A stretch of DNA of 49,856 nucleotides from Minisyncoccota bacterium. Its GTDB lineage: Bacteria > Patescibacteriota > Minisyncoccia > Phycocordibacterales > UBA9973. The notes beneath the pieces are model-generated. The model worked only from the letters and a program-made list of their open reading frames with translations, searched no databases and was not told the origin of the DNA. The position numbers and the translations under genes were made by a program. The stretch is taken from NCBI GenBank assembly GCA_043776915.1, contig JAYVQT010000038.1:1-49856 (forward strand), in the 5' to 3' direction. Within the stretch, counting starts at the first letter, position 1; every line of letters starts with the position of its first letter. Below are positions 19,129 through 29,490 of this stretch, one piece after another.

Positions 19129-20805
19129 TTATAGTATATCAACAATTCGCAAGCGAAGCTCGGTGCGGCCGGCGAAGGTACTTTTCTCAAATGTCGCGAT
19201 AAGATCAATATGCTCCCCTGTCGTTAATGATCGTCTGTAGCTTTCATGCGTTTTGAAAAAAGCGATAGCTTTGACTGGTCGACCTCGGCTGGCTCGAAAC
19301 ATAATCTCCAAATGATTTTTATCTTTGCCAAATTCTTTGACTGACTGTATCGACACATCTTTGAATAGAAATGTTGGCTTGGGATTCCCCATGCCGTACG
19401 GTGCAAGCTTCTCGATGACCGCATAGTTTTCTTTTGTGACATCATCGAGCGTGATAACTGCATCAATCTGACTCTTTCCCCCCCCCGTCGGACTAGTGGG
19501 GAGACCGTCGCAGACTTTCAACAATCGCTCTTCAAGGAAATGTACTTCTTCAGGTGAGACTGAAAATCCTCCCGCACCAGCATGACCACCGAACCCAAGT
19601 AAACTATTCTGAGGGAGCGCTGTCATCATGTCGACAAGATTTACACTTCCCCATCCACGACATGAACCCCGAATAATCCCTCCGGCATCGACAGACAAGT
19701 CACCCCCTTCCGATCCCCAGACAAAACTTGGCCGCTTGTATTCTTCGGCAATTTTAGAAGCCACCAGTCCAAGAATGCCTATACGCCACTTTGGATTACC
19801 AATAACGATAACTGACTTCTCTTCGCGCTTGGTAAGTATCTTCTTAACCTCTTTCATAATGTGCATGACAATCAATTTTCTTTCGTCATTTATTTCTGCC
19901 AAGTGTAAAGCGAGAGTTTTCGCTTCAACCACATCACTGGTTGCAAGTACTTCAAACGCTCGCATGGGGTTACCCATACGTGAGGCAGCGTTGAGCCTTG
20001 GCGCAAGCGTGAATGTCACATCTTCTTCAGACATTTTCGTGACATCAACACCGGCTTTACGAAATAGTTCAGCAAGACCTGGACGACGCGCTTTCTGTAA
20101 CACTTTCAGTCCATAGTACGCAAGTACTCGATTCTCGTCGACAAGCGGTACTTGGTCGGCAAGTGTCGCAAGCCCGGCCATATCAAGAAGCCATTTTTCC
20201 CAGCCCTTTTGAATACTAAAATAATCGCCATATTTTTGAATCAATGCTTGAACAAGCTTAAATGCAAGCCCAGCTCCACAAAGCATGTTATCGGGATATT
20301 CGCACCCTATTTGCTTTGGGTTAATAATCGCAAACGCATGAGGTACAACATCATGTGGTACATGATGGTCGGTAATAATAACATCAATCCCCGCACTTTG
20401 TGCTTGTGCCACTTCATCAACTGCGGTTATACCCAAATCAAAGGTAATCAGAAGGTTGACTCCCGCCTCGATGAATTCAGTAATGGCAAGTGCATGAAGT
20501 CCGTAGCCTTCATCGTGGCGATGCGGAATATATACTAAAAAATTTTCATACTCGATCTTTTTCAGGAAATCGTGCATGATGACAGCCGCCGGAATACCAT
20601 CACAATCATAGTCACTATAAATAACAATCTTTTCTTTAGCTTCAATCGCTTTAAAAATCCGTACGCAGGCGCGCTCCATATCTTTCAGTAAATATGGATC
20701 GTAAAGATGCTCTTCGTAGGAGGGATTAAGGAATTTTTCTTTGTCTCTAGGTGCAATTCCACGATTTAAAAGTAATAAATCAAGGAGTTCAGCATGATTT
20801 GGCAT
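19129..20805 (-). CDS. recJ: ssDNA exonuclease RecJ (start revised to MPNHAE)
   Basis: DYDCDG, TDHH, PRLNAASR, GGHAGAGG, PYGMGNPKP. Confidence 0.96.
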   Translation of the reverse strand: MPNHAELLDLLLLNRGIAPRDKEKFLNPSYEEHLYDPYLLKDMERACVRIFKAIEAKEKIVIYSDYDCDGIPAAVIMHDFLKKIEYENFLVYIPHRHDEGYGLHALAITEFIEAGVNLLITFDLGITAVDEVAQAQSAGIDVIITDHHVPHDVVPHAFAIINPKQIGCEYPDNMLCGAGLAFKLVQALIQKYGDYFSIQKGWEKWLLDMAGLATLADQVPLVDENRVLAYYGLKVLQKARRPGLAELFRKAGVDVTKMSEEDVTFTLAPRLNAASRMGNPMRAFEVLATSDVVEAKTLALHLAEINDERKLIVMHIMKEVKKILTKREEKSVIVIGNPKWRIGILGLVASKIAEEYKRPSFVWGSEGGDLSVDAGGIIRGSCRGWGSVNLVDMMTALPQNSLLGFGGHAGAGGFSVSPEEVHFLEERLLKVCDGLPTSPTGGGKSQIDAVITLDDVTKENYAVIEKLAPYGMGNPKPTFLFKDVSIQSVKEFGKDKNHLEIMFRASRGRPVKAIAFFKTHESYRRSLTTGEHIDLIATFEKSTFAGRTELRLRIVDIL

Positions 20806-20833
20806 ACTGTCGATTGTACCATATAATGATACT

Positions 20834-21295
20834 ATGAATACTGACTGTATTTTTTGTAACATTGTGGCAAAAGAAATACCGAGCCATACAATATGGGAAG
20901 ATGCCCATCACCTCGCATTTCTGACTATTTTTCCTAATACCGAAGGTGCATCTGTCATTATTCCAAAAAAGCATTATGATAGCTATGCTTTTGATTTGCC
21001 TGATACCGTACTTTCCGAATTAGTCCTCGCCACTAAAAAAGTAGGGAAGTTACTCGATAGAACATTTGATGATGTTGGAAGAACAGCAATGGTATTTGAA
21101 GGATTTGGGGTAAATCATGTTCATGCCAAACTGTTCCCAATGCATGGAACAAAAAGTGATGGGTGGAAAGAACATATTTCAAACAATCACACCTACTTCG
21201 ACGTATACGAAGGATATATTCTAACCAACGATGGAGAGCGCGCAGATGATGAAAAACTTGCAACACTCGCTTCTAAAATAAAAAATGCCCTCTAG
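20834..21295 (+). CDS. HIT family nucleotide hydrolase
   Basis: DCIFCNIV..EIP, IPKKH, variant triad NHVHAK. Confidence 0.9.
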   Translation: MNTDCIFCNIVAKEIPSHTIWEDAHHLAFLTIFPNTEGASVIIPKKHYDSYAFDLPDTVLSELVLATKKVGKLLDRTFDDVGRTAMVFEGFGVNHVHAKLFPMHGTKSDGWKEHISNNHTYFDVYEGYILTNDGERADDEKLATLASKIKNAL

Positions 21296-21312
21296 GGGCA
21301 TTTTTTATTTTA
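21274..21312. terminator. Bidirectional terminator overlapping both stop codons
   Basis: TAAAATAAAAAATGCCC-tctag-GGGCATTTTTTATTTTA. Confidence 0.8.
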
Positions 21313-22426
21313 AAACTTTAATTCCTGGTAGTGTACCTTTAGCAAGAAAGTCGAGAGTAGCGCCACCGCCAGTCGAGACAAAGCCAAGCTTACTTTCGAG
21401 CTTTAGCTTCGAGATAAGTGCTACGGTGTCTCCCCCACCGATCACATTGTGAGCTTTTGATTTGGCAATCATTTTGAGGACACTTTCTGTCGCCCCACCG
21501 AATCCATTCTCATACATACCAAGTGGTCCATTCCAGAGGATGAATTTAGCTTTTTGAATGAGGTCATTAAGAACTTCGATTGTTGCTGGTCCAATATCAA
21601 CAATCATTTCATCGAGATTTATTTCATCGGACTTCGCTATTCGTTTTTTTGAACCTTTCACAACTTCAACATCTTTTGGTAATAATAAATTTTTATGCTT
21701 CAGTAGTGAGGCAATCTCAAAATTACCATCTTCAGCAAGCGATGTACCGATTTGGTAGCCTTTGGCACGAAAGAAGTCGTTAGCAAGTGCACCCCCGATA
21801 AAAACCTGATCAGCATCACGTAAGAATTTCTTAATGAGTGGTATTTTTGTACTAAACTTCGCACCACCAAGTATAAAAAGGAATGGATGCTCTGGGGTAA
21901 ATGCAGATGACAAATTTTTTATTTCTTCTTCAAGTTGGAATCCAGCATAGCCCGGCAAATACTTCGTAATACCAATAATCGATGCATGGGCGCGATGCGA
22001 CACTGAGAACGCATCATTCACATAGACGTCACCATAACGTGAGAGAGCACGAGCAAACGATGGTGAATTATTCTTCTCGCCAGTTTCTTGGCGCAAATTC
22101 TCGAGCAAGATAACATCTTTCTTTTTAGCATTTTTAATAACATCTTCAGTTTCATCTGAAAATATTGCTGCGTCTATAAAATGTAAACTCGGTATATATT
22201 TTTTAAGTCTTAGTGCTACCGGCTTCAAACTTTCTTTACCATCTTCACCAAGATGAGCAAGGAGAATAACGATTGCTCCTTTTTTCTGTAAATACTCAAT
22301 GGTCGGTAGCGCCTTTTGAATACGAAAATCATCAACAACCTTCCCTTCCTTAATCGGCACATTAAAATCAACACGGACGAGCACTTTCTTCCCTGATAAT
22401 CCTTCAATATCTTTTATATTTTTCAT
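21305..22426 (-). CDS. pgk: Phosphoglycerate kinase (start revised to MKNIKD)
   Basis: RVDFNVP, LLENLR, WNGPLG, STGGGA. Confidence 0.98.
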   Translation of the reverse strand: MKNIKDIEGLSGKKVLVRVDFNVPIKEGKVVDDFRIQKALPTIEYLQKKGAIVILLAHLGEDGKESLKPVALRLKKYIPSLHFIDAAIFSDETEDVIKNAKKKDVILLENLRQETGEKNNSPSFARALSRYGDVYVNDAFSVSHRAHASIIGITKYLPGYAGFQLEEEIKNLSSAFTPEHPFLFILGGAKFSTKIPLIKKFLRDADQVFIGGALANDFFRAKGYQIGTSLAEDGNFEIASLLKHKNLLLPKDVEVVKGSKKRIAKSDEINLDEMIVDIGPATIEVLNDLIQKAKFILWNGPLGMYENGFGGATESVLKMIAKSKAHNVIGGGDTVALISKLKLESKLGFVSTGGGATLDFLAKGTLPGIKVLK

Positions 22427-22427
22427 A

Positions 22428-23180
22428 TTAGTGTGCCGCCGCAAGAATTGCGTCGAACTTTTTAGGATTAAGACTGTCGCGACCAACAAGTAACCCATCA
22501 GCTCCACCCTCAATAATAAACTCTCGGGTATTTTCAGGATGCACTGATCCCCCGTAAAGTACCGGAATCATATGCGCGATTACTGGTCCATACATATCAG
22601 AAATAATTTTTCGAATAAAAATCTTTACTTCCGTAAATTCTTCATGAGTGGCTTCACGGACTGCATGCGCGCCTATGGCCCAGAGTGGCTCATAGGCGAT
22701 AACAATATTTTTCATCTGAGCTTTTGGCACAGATGCGAGACATATAGTCACTTGATTCTTAATGAATGTCAGATACCCACCATGACTATCTCGAATTAAT
22801 TCTCCAACACAAAGTATCGGCAATAATTTTGATTTAAGTGCTAGTATAATCTTTTGATTTACTAAGATGTTCGTATCACCAGAGGAACGATTCTCAGAGT
22901 GTCCAATAATAACATAGTCGACACCGATACTCTTGAGTATATCACTAGAAACTTGACCAGTATATGCACCACTTAGTTCGTGCGAGATATTTTGTGCTCC
23001 AAGCATACCCTTTTTTAATTTTGTATTCTTTGCAAGAAATAAATAAGGATAGGGTGGACACATAACGACATGGGCATTCTTATATTTTTTAGATTCGTTT
23101 GATATAGTTTTTAAAATAGTCTGAGCTTCTTTGAGAGTTTGCGGGTTCATCTTCCAGTTAGCAATAATAAGCTTTTTCAT
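22428..23180 (-). CDS. tpiA: Triosephosphate isomerase (start revised to MKKLII)
   Basis: ANWKMN, GHSE, YEPLWAIG, YGGSV. Confidence 0.97.
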   Translation of the reverse strand: MKKLIIANWKMNPQTLKEAQTILKTISNESKKYKNAHVVMCPPYPYLFLAKNTKLKKGMLGAQNISHELSGAYTGQVSSDILKSIGVDYVIIGHSENRSSGDTNILVNQKIILALKSKLLPILCVGELIRDSHGGYLTFIKNQVTICLASVPKAQMKNIVIAYEPLWAIGAHAVREATHEEFTEVKIFIRKIISDMYGPVIAHMIPVLYGGSVHPENTREFIIEGGADGLLVGRDSLNPKKFDAILAAAH

Positions 23181-23218
23181 GTGGTAAGTATACCACAAAA
23201 GTATTATGCTGTCGTCTG

Positions 23219-24955
23219 TTACTCAGATTCTTTCCAGCTTTTGACATTCCAGCTCCCAGATGGACCGCTTGAGAAATTCGAATTAGCGAGTCCACTATCA
23301 TACGTAATCGTGGCATTATTATTTAAATGTATATAATTCGCCGTTAATGATTTTGCTTTCGCATTATTCGCCACATCAATAGTACCATTTGCAGCATAAA
23401 GAATAACTGCACCGGCATTATTACCAACAGTAATAGCCGAAGGTGAGTTAGATGTCGAAAGCACCATAACATAGCTCCCAGATGTTCCTGATCCTAAAAA
23501 GGATGCATTATTACTAAGAGTAACCGTTCCATCGACAATAATCATTCCTTCGGCACTACCATACCCAGAGGCAAGTTTGACAATAACGTTATTACTGATA
23601 TTCAGATTCCCTTGAACCCATATCGTTCCAGTAATTGTTAACGTAGCATTATTGGTAATACTTAAATTACCCGTAATTTGCTTCGGACCCAGACTACCAG
23701 CTGAGCTATTAAAAACATAGTTGCCAGAGTAAACTCCTCCACTTGTTCCGGCATCTTTCCAGTCCTGAATATTTTGATCAGAGATTGGCATGGCAACTTC
23801 GACTGAATCGGCAAGAGTTGTGTTGCATGATTTATTATTACCACTACCAACTTTGCAATAATTTGTACCACGAATTGTAGAGCTGTTAACCGTATGAGCA
23901 TACGCATCACCGGTTAATCCGGTACCAATAGTGATACCAGTGATGGATCCTGTTATTCCACCGAGGTATAGAGCAAAGAATCCATCAATAGTCGAAGGGC
24001 TGGTATTCCCCCACGTACCAGCATATTGACCAATCTTACTTGATCCCAGTGCGTAGCCATTCGTATTCCCTCCTAATTTATAATAATTTGAAGCAGATGT
24101 TGAAGCATCAGCCACGAGCCAGTAGGTCACCCCCTGCGTCAGCTGCGGATTAGATGAGAAAGTAACATCAACCCAACCATAGCTAGTAGACACAAGCGAT
24201 GCTGAAAGCGTACCTGTTGTTTTGACAACTGTCGAAGGGCTTCCACTTGCATCATTTACAATTAGAACTGTCAGATTCGATGGATTTCCAACCTTTTTAA
24301 CATAAAATCGAACCTTATTAACAACTTCAGTTGTTGACACTTGGAAACTCTGCGCAATATCTTGAGTTACATTTGCATTTCCAAAAGACACATCATACAT
24401 AGGAACACCGGAACCATTTGACTGATTAGAGGCAAGTGATGCTGAGTTAGCAGAAGTAACACTACCAGTGACTGATCCTGAGCCAGTAATAGGACCATTG
24501 GCATAGACACTTCCAATAATAGACGAACCATTATCCATAATAAATCCACCTTGCCCTGCTTGTACACCATAGCTAAAAGAGACACCAACACCAGTTGTTA
24601 CCGACAAGCTGACTTTCCGTTCTCGAGTATTAGCATCACCAATTGAACTAATTTCTTTTTGGCTTGCTGATGTATCCGTAATCGTCGTAGCTACGGTAAC
24701 CGTCCCAAGTGTAAGACTTTCACTAGCACTAATTTGCTTATTCGTGCGAAGACGGTATAGTGCATCTTCTGCACCCGACTCAGCTAGAAAGTAGGCTTTC
24801 TTCGAATCAAGAGTACTGCCGGCGATTTTAAACTCACGAACGACTGGCGTAATAATACCAACCAAGATCACAAGACTGATCGACAAGAAAAAGATAACGG
24901 CGATAATCATAGCTGCTCCTTTCTGTGTTTGAGAATAATATAAATATTTTTTCAT
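23219..24955 (-). CDS. Large PilX-like minor pilin / putative adhesin
   Basis: KG|AAMII N-terminus lacking E5, AYFLAESGAEDA, Gly/Ser/Asn-rich beta repeats, ends SWKE. Confidence 0.8.
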   Translation of the reverse strand: MKKYLYYSQTQKGAAMIIAVIFFLSISLVILVGIITPVVREFKIAGSTLDSKKAYFLAESGAEDALYRLRTNKQISASESLTLGTVTVATTITDTSASQKEISSIGDANTRERKVSLSVTTGVGVSFSYGVQAGQGGFIMDNGSSIIGSVYANGPITGSGSVTGSVTSANSASLASNQSNGSGVPMYDVSFGNANVTQDIAQSFQVSTTEVVNKVRFYVKKVGNPSNLTVLIVNDASGSPSTVVKTTGTLSASLVSTSYGWVDVTFSSNPQLTQGVTYWLVADASTSASNYYKLGGNTNGYALGSSKIGQYAGTWGNTSPSTIDGFFALYLGGITGSITGITIGTGLTGDAYAHTVNSSTIRGTNYCKVGSGNNKSCNTTLADSVEVAMPISDQNIQDWKDAGTSGGVYSGNYVFNSSAGSLGPKQITGNLSITNNATLTITGTIWVQGNLNISNNVIVKLASGYGSAEGMIIVDGTVTLSNNASFLGSGTSGSYVMVLSTSNSPSAITVGNNAGAVILYAANGTIDVANNAKAKSLTANYIHLNNNATITYDSGLANSNFSSGPSGSWNVKSWKESE

Positions 24956-24963
24956 ATGTATCA

Positions 24964-25476
24964 TTAATAATTACCTCGTAATATAATAGTGTCATAAAAA
25001 GTAGCTGTTTTTAAGATTTTACTCAATGTATCCTGAAGTGTCATTTCAATCTTGACGGCTTCGCTATTCGCGGTACTCATTCGTCTAAAGATAAGATTGG
25101 TGACGATAATCTTCTGACCAAGTAAATTACCTGAAAGTGCCCCTCCTTGATATAAATTTAGGCTTCCACTAGAAGTCTGGAATTTAACCAATGTATTTGC
25201 CCCGAGACTATCAACACTATTAAGCTGTAAGACTCCGGGGCTTGACCCAAGTGTACTATTAACCATATCAACACTCTTGGCGAGGCGAATTTCTCGTGAG
25301 ATCCGCTCCATAACTGTCGATCCCGACTCAAGCAAATCACGATTGGTACGAGTAGTAGTAAACGATGACACAACAACAATAAAAGAATTTATGACTACAA
25401 CAGACATCACCGTAAAAATAGCCAGATACACGAGCATCTCAATTAAGCTAAAACCTTTTTTTGTATGTGTACTCAT
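24964..25476 (-). CDS. Minor pilin (PilW/GspJ-like)
   Basis: KG|FSLIEML prepilin motif. Confidence 0.9.
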   Translation of the reverse strand: MSTHTKKGFSLIEMLVYLAIFTVMSVVVINSFIVVVSSFTTTRTNRDLLESGSTVMERISREIRLAKSVDMVNSTLGSSPGVLQLNSVDSLGANTLVKFQTSSGSLNLYQGGALSGNLLGQKIIVTNLIFRRMSTANSEAVKIEMTLQDTLSKILKTATFYDTIILRGNY

Positions 25477-25977
25477 TTAATTAAAAATATCTGCTATATA
25501 AAAAGGGAGTGTACTTGAAACGGTACTCCCATCTGATGATGGCCATGAGACAGTGATCGTAACTTTCTTTGTTCGAGCATCAACCGTACCACCAGAGGTG
25601 GTAATATCATCGGCTCCATCACGTAATACTTGAGCAATAGAAACCGTTTGCGTAAAAATCCCATCAATCGGTGTAGTGGGTGTTAATCCGAGCGACCATA
25701 CATTCGTTACCGTATTGAAAGAAAGATAGTATAGACTGTTTATAGAGAGATTCGCAATTGTTGTCCAGTTCGCATCACGAATCGACCGGACAGCTTCCGC
25801 TCCTTCTTCAAGAAGTAAATTACTTTGTGTTTGTTTTAAAGCATTTTGTGAAACCTGAATACCTTTCTCTGCTGCTGACATAATAGCAAAAATAGTTGTC
25901 GAGATAATTGCGCAGGCAATAAGTATTTCAACAAGCGTAAACCCTGCCCTTTGATTTGTAGTATGAAAAAATAACAT
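25477..25977 (-). CDS. Minor pilin (PilV/GspI-like)
   Basis: AG|FTLVEIL prepilin motif, KKVTITVSW. Confidence 0.9.
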   Translation of the reverse strand: MLFFHTTNQRAGFTLVEILIACAIISTTIFAIMSAAEKGIQVSQNALKQTQSNLLLEEGAEAVRSIRDANWTTIANLSINSLYYLSFNTVTNVWSLGLTPTTPIDGIFTQTVSIAQVLRDGADDITTSGGTVDARTKKVTITVSWPSSDGSTVSSTLPFYIADIFN

Positions 25978-26456
25978 TAATTTGAACTTACAATGCCCGT
26001 TTGATTAATGGTGATTGTTTTCTGTCGAGTTTGGTCTGAGACCATACGTACAATAATTGTACCATAGTTAGGTGTATCACCAAATATTCTTGTAAAAATA
26101 ACATCACCCCCTCCCCCCATAAGACTAATACCACCACTACTTGGAATTGTAACAGATGAATCAATATCGATCTGTTTATTATTTACATTCGGTTCAGTAA
26201 AAGTTGCTCCCGCAAAAAGCACTGCTCGACTTGATTCAAAATGCACTCCATACGTTGTAGAATTCTTTGATGAGGTAGTATTAGTACGTGCTTCATTCAG
26301 GAGAGAAATAATATCGCTTACTGTATTCTGAAGGGCTTGTTCTCCACGGAAACGAGCCAAATTGAAAACAATGATAGAAGCAATTACAATAATAAATGTG
26401 AGCACGAGCAGCAGCTCAACAACAGTAAAACCTTTTATTATATGTATTTTTTTCAT
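25977..26456 (-). CDS. Minor pilin (FimT/GspH-like)
   Basis: KG|FTVVELL prepilin motif, LNEAR..T, YGVHF. Confidence 0.9.
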   Translation of the reverse strand: MKKIHIIKGFTVVELLLVLTFIIVIASIIVFNLARFRGEQALQNTVSDIISLLNEARTNTTSSKNSTTYGVHFESSRAVLFAGATFTEPNVNNKQIDIDSSVTIPSSGGISLMGGGGDVIFTRIFGDTPNYGTIIVRMVSDQTRQKTITINQTGIVSSN

Positions 26457-26457
26457 A

Positions 26458-27672
26458 TTATTTAATATTACTCATCACTGAATACATTGGTGAAATCATC
26501 GACACAGCAAAAAATCCAACTGCACCACCAATAAAAACCATAAGTACCGGCTCAATAATAACTGATAGATCTTTCGTTTTATTATCGACTTCTGATTCAT
26601 AGAAGTTAGCAATATCAAGAAGCATCTTCGACAGATTACCCGTCTCCTCTCCAACTTCCATCATTTCTCCCATCATGACTGGATAAAGACTCACTGCATC
26701 TTTAAATGGAGCCGACAAGGTCCCACCTTTTTCAATTGACTCTATCGATCTACGAATAAGCCCCTTGTAATATATGTTCTGCAGCACTTCTTCTGTAATA
26801 GCCAATGCCCGTGACATATCAACACCTGAAGACAAAAGTGATGAAAGTGTTCGTGCAGTTCGAGCGGTGTTCACTTCTTTAATTAATGTGCCTATCATAG
26901 GAATACGCAACACAATATAATCAAAATACTTTTTTGTTATCTCGAGCTTTGCAAAGAAAACAAAAAATCCAACAATAGCAATAATGACTCCAAAAACGAG
27001 AATCGTATGATTACTAATCATATCAGAAAGCCAAATAATAAACTTGGTTGACCCTGGCAAATCTCCACCCAAATCTTTAAAAGTCTTAGTGAGTGTTGGA
27101 ACAACATACTTCATCATCAGAATCGCTATAATAAAAATAACACAAAGGATAATACTTGGGTACATGAGAGCTCCTTTAATCTTTTTATTAAGATCATATG
27201 ATTTTTTCAGATTAACACCAACCTCACCAAGTGCTTTCGGTAAGCCTCCTGACTCTTCGCCCGAGTGAACCATTGACACAAAGAGTGGTGAGAATACTTT
27301 TGGGAACTTCTTCATGGAGTCAGACATCGTGACACCTGCACTAACGCCATCAATGAGACTCGTCAATACTTTTTTAAGTGTTGGATTTGTCGTCTGTTTT
27401 TCAAGAATAGAAAGCGCACGAGTCAGAGACAATCCCGCAGTCAGCATGCCTCCCAAATTATTGGTAAATATTATCTTTTCAGACAAAGACACACCACTAA
27501 AAATAGTGAGTTTTAAAAAATTCTTTTTTCCCTTACCATTGGATTCTTCTATCGATAGCGGAATACTTCCTTCTTCTCGTAATTCACGAGCGAGTGAAAA
27601 CTTATCAGCTGATTCTTTAAATCCATCGATTACTTTTCCGGTTTTTGTTTGTGCTTTGTATTTAAATTTCAT
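26458..27672 (-). CDS. pilC: Type IV pilus platform protein PilC/GspF
   Basis: GEESGGL, KGALMYP, GEETGNL, IEPVLM. Confidence 0.96.
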   Translation of the reverse strand: MKFKYKAQTKTGKVIDGFKESADKFSLARELREEGSIPLSIEESNGKGKKNFLKLTIFSGVSLSEKIIFTNNLGGMLTAGLSLTRALSILEKQTTNPTLKKVLTSLIDGVSAGVTMSDSMKKFPKVFSPLFVSMVHSGEESGGLPKALGEVGVNLKKSYDLNKKIKGALMYPSIILCVIFIIAILMMKYVVPTLTKTFKDLGGDLPGSTKFIIWLSDMISNHTILVFGVIIAIVGFFVFFAKLEITKKYFDYIVLRIPMIGTLIKEVNTARTARTLSSLLSSGVDMSRALAITEEVLQNIYYKGLIRRSIESIEKGGTLSAPFKDAVSLYPVMMGEMMEVGEETGNLSKMLLDIANFYESEVDNKTKDLSVIIEPVLMVFIGGAVGFFAVSMISPMYSVMSNIK

Positions 27673-27680
27673 TATATATA

Positions 27681-29435
27681 TTACTCGGAGACAACACGGA
27701 GCACTTCTTCGGTAGACGTTCGGCCTTGGCAGGCTAAGAATATACCATCCTCAAGCATTGTCATCATACCTTCAACTTTGGCTCTTTTCTCTACCTCATC
27801 AGTTGAAGCACCTTTTAGTATCATCTCTTTGATAAGTGGAGTAATTTTCAATACTTCATGAATACCAAGTCGTCCCTTAAATCCAGTTTCTGATTCTTCG
27901 CTTGACTTTGGTCTATAGAATGGCACCGCATCCCACGTTGTCTCTTCGGGTACAACTTTTTCTTTTATCAGGATCTCGAGCATACGATCCATATCAATCA
28001 CCTTACCAAGTGCTTTCTGTTCAGTGTCATTTAAGAAATATTGTTCTTTATTGCCATCAAGGACGCGTACTAAGCGTTGAGCAATAATCGTACGCACAGT
28101 CGAGACAATAAGGAATGGCTCAACACCCATGTCGATCATACGAGGAATAGCTCCGGCTGCTGAGTTCGTGTGGATAGTCGAGAGCACTAAGTGACCAGTG
28201 AGTGAAGCATTGACTGCGAGTGACGCCGTCTCACCATCACGAATCTCTCCAACCATGATAATATCCGGATCTTGACGAAGAAGTGTGCGGAGACCATTAG
28301 CGAAGGTCAAGCCAATTTCAGCTTTGGTCTGGGTTTGATTAATGCGCGCCATTTGGTACTCAATTGGATCTTCGACAGTTGAGATATTTACATCTGGTGT
28401 ATTTAAAATATCGAGCATCGTATAGAGTGTCGTCGTCTTACCAGAGCCAGTCGGACCAGCACAGACAAGCATACCATTGCGCTGCTTCATACCGTCATGA
28501 ATACGCTCGAGTGCTTCACCATGGAAACCGAGTGTCTCAAGTGAAAATCCTTTAGAATTCTCACGCAAGATACGCATGACTGTTTTCTCTCCATAGTATG
28601 TCGGTAGTGTCGAGACACGAAATGAAACATTACCATCTTCATTTACTATTTTAAAACGGCCATCTTGAGGAAGACGCTTCTCATCAAGCTTTAAACTTGA
28701 GAGCACTTTAATGCGAGCTACAATACCCGAGGCCGTATCCTTCGGTAATACCATGGCATCATGGAGAATTCCATCAATACGGTAACGGATAATAACCGAC
28801 GTCTCAGCTGGCTCAATATGAATATCTGACGCACCTTGATTAATAGCATGAGAAATAAGTGTGTCGACTATTTTAATAATTGGTAAGTCTTCAGCAAGCT
28901 CCTTAAGCTCTTTCTCGGACTTATTATCACCCTCACTATCCGCTGAGGAAAGCTTGATCAATACACTTTCTTTCTTGATAATATCTTCAAAGTCAGCCTG
29001 TAAACTTTTCTTGTATTGAGTAAGTGCTTCTTTAATGGAATCTGAACTTGTCAGGCGGGGCAGAATTTTTAACCCTACTTTTTTCTTAATAAAGTCGATC
29101 ACAGATAAGTTATCAACGTCGAGCATGGCTACTTCAAGCCCCACTGAACTTTTTTTATAGGCAATAATATTATTATTGCGGGCAATCGGCTCGGGAATCA
29201 TATTGAGAACACTTGTCTCAATCTTCTCCCCTTTCAAGCTGACAAAAGGAATACCAAGCGACACAGCCTGCATGCTATTCCAATCTTTTTCATTTAATTT
29301 ACCATCGCTCACGAGAATAGCACCAATCGATTGATTCGTATCTTTTGACTTTTTGAGTGCCATCGCCACGTCAGTCTTACTAACGAGCCCGGAGTTATTA
29401 AGGAGGTTTACAATTTTCTTTTCATCAATATGCAT
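27681..29435 (-). CDS. pilB: Type IV pilus assembly ATPase PilB/GspE
   Basis: ASDIHIEP, RLPQDGR, GPTGSGKTTT, LRQDPD, TGHLVLSTIHTN. Confidence 0.96.
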   Translation of the reverse strand: MHIDEKKIVNLLNNSGLVSKTDVAMALKKSKDTNQSIGAILVSDGKLNEKDWNSMQAVSLGIPFVSLKGEKIETSVLNMIPEPIARNNNIIAYKKSSVGLEVAMLDVDNLSVIDFIKKKVGLKILPRLTSSDSIKEALTQYKKSLQADFEDIIKKESVLIKLSSADSEGDNKSEKELKELAEDLPIIKIVDTLISHAINQGASDIHIEPAETSVIIRYRIDGILHDAMVLPKDTASGIVARIKVLSSLKLDEKRLPQDGRFKIVNEDGNVSFRVSTLPTYYGEKTVMRILRENSKGFSLETLGFHGEALERIHDGMKQRNGMLVCAGPTGSGKTTTLYTMLDILNTPDVNISTVEDPIEYQMARINQTQTKAEIGLTFANGLRTLLRQDPDIIMVGEIRDGETASLAVNASLTGHLVLSTIHTNSAAGAIPRMIDMGVEPFLIVSTVRTIIAQRLVRVLDGNKEQYFLNDTEQKALGKVIDMDRMLEILIKEKVVPEETTWDAVPFYRPKSSEESETGFKGRLGIHEVLKITPLIKEMILKGASTDEVEKRAKVEGMMTMLEDGIFLACQGRTSTEEVLRVVSE

Positions 29436-29490
29436 ACACTACTAGTATATCATATCACTTCGGCTTAGTAGCACTTTTCACAGTAAAAAA

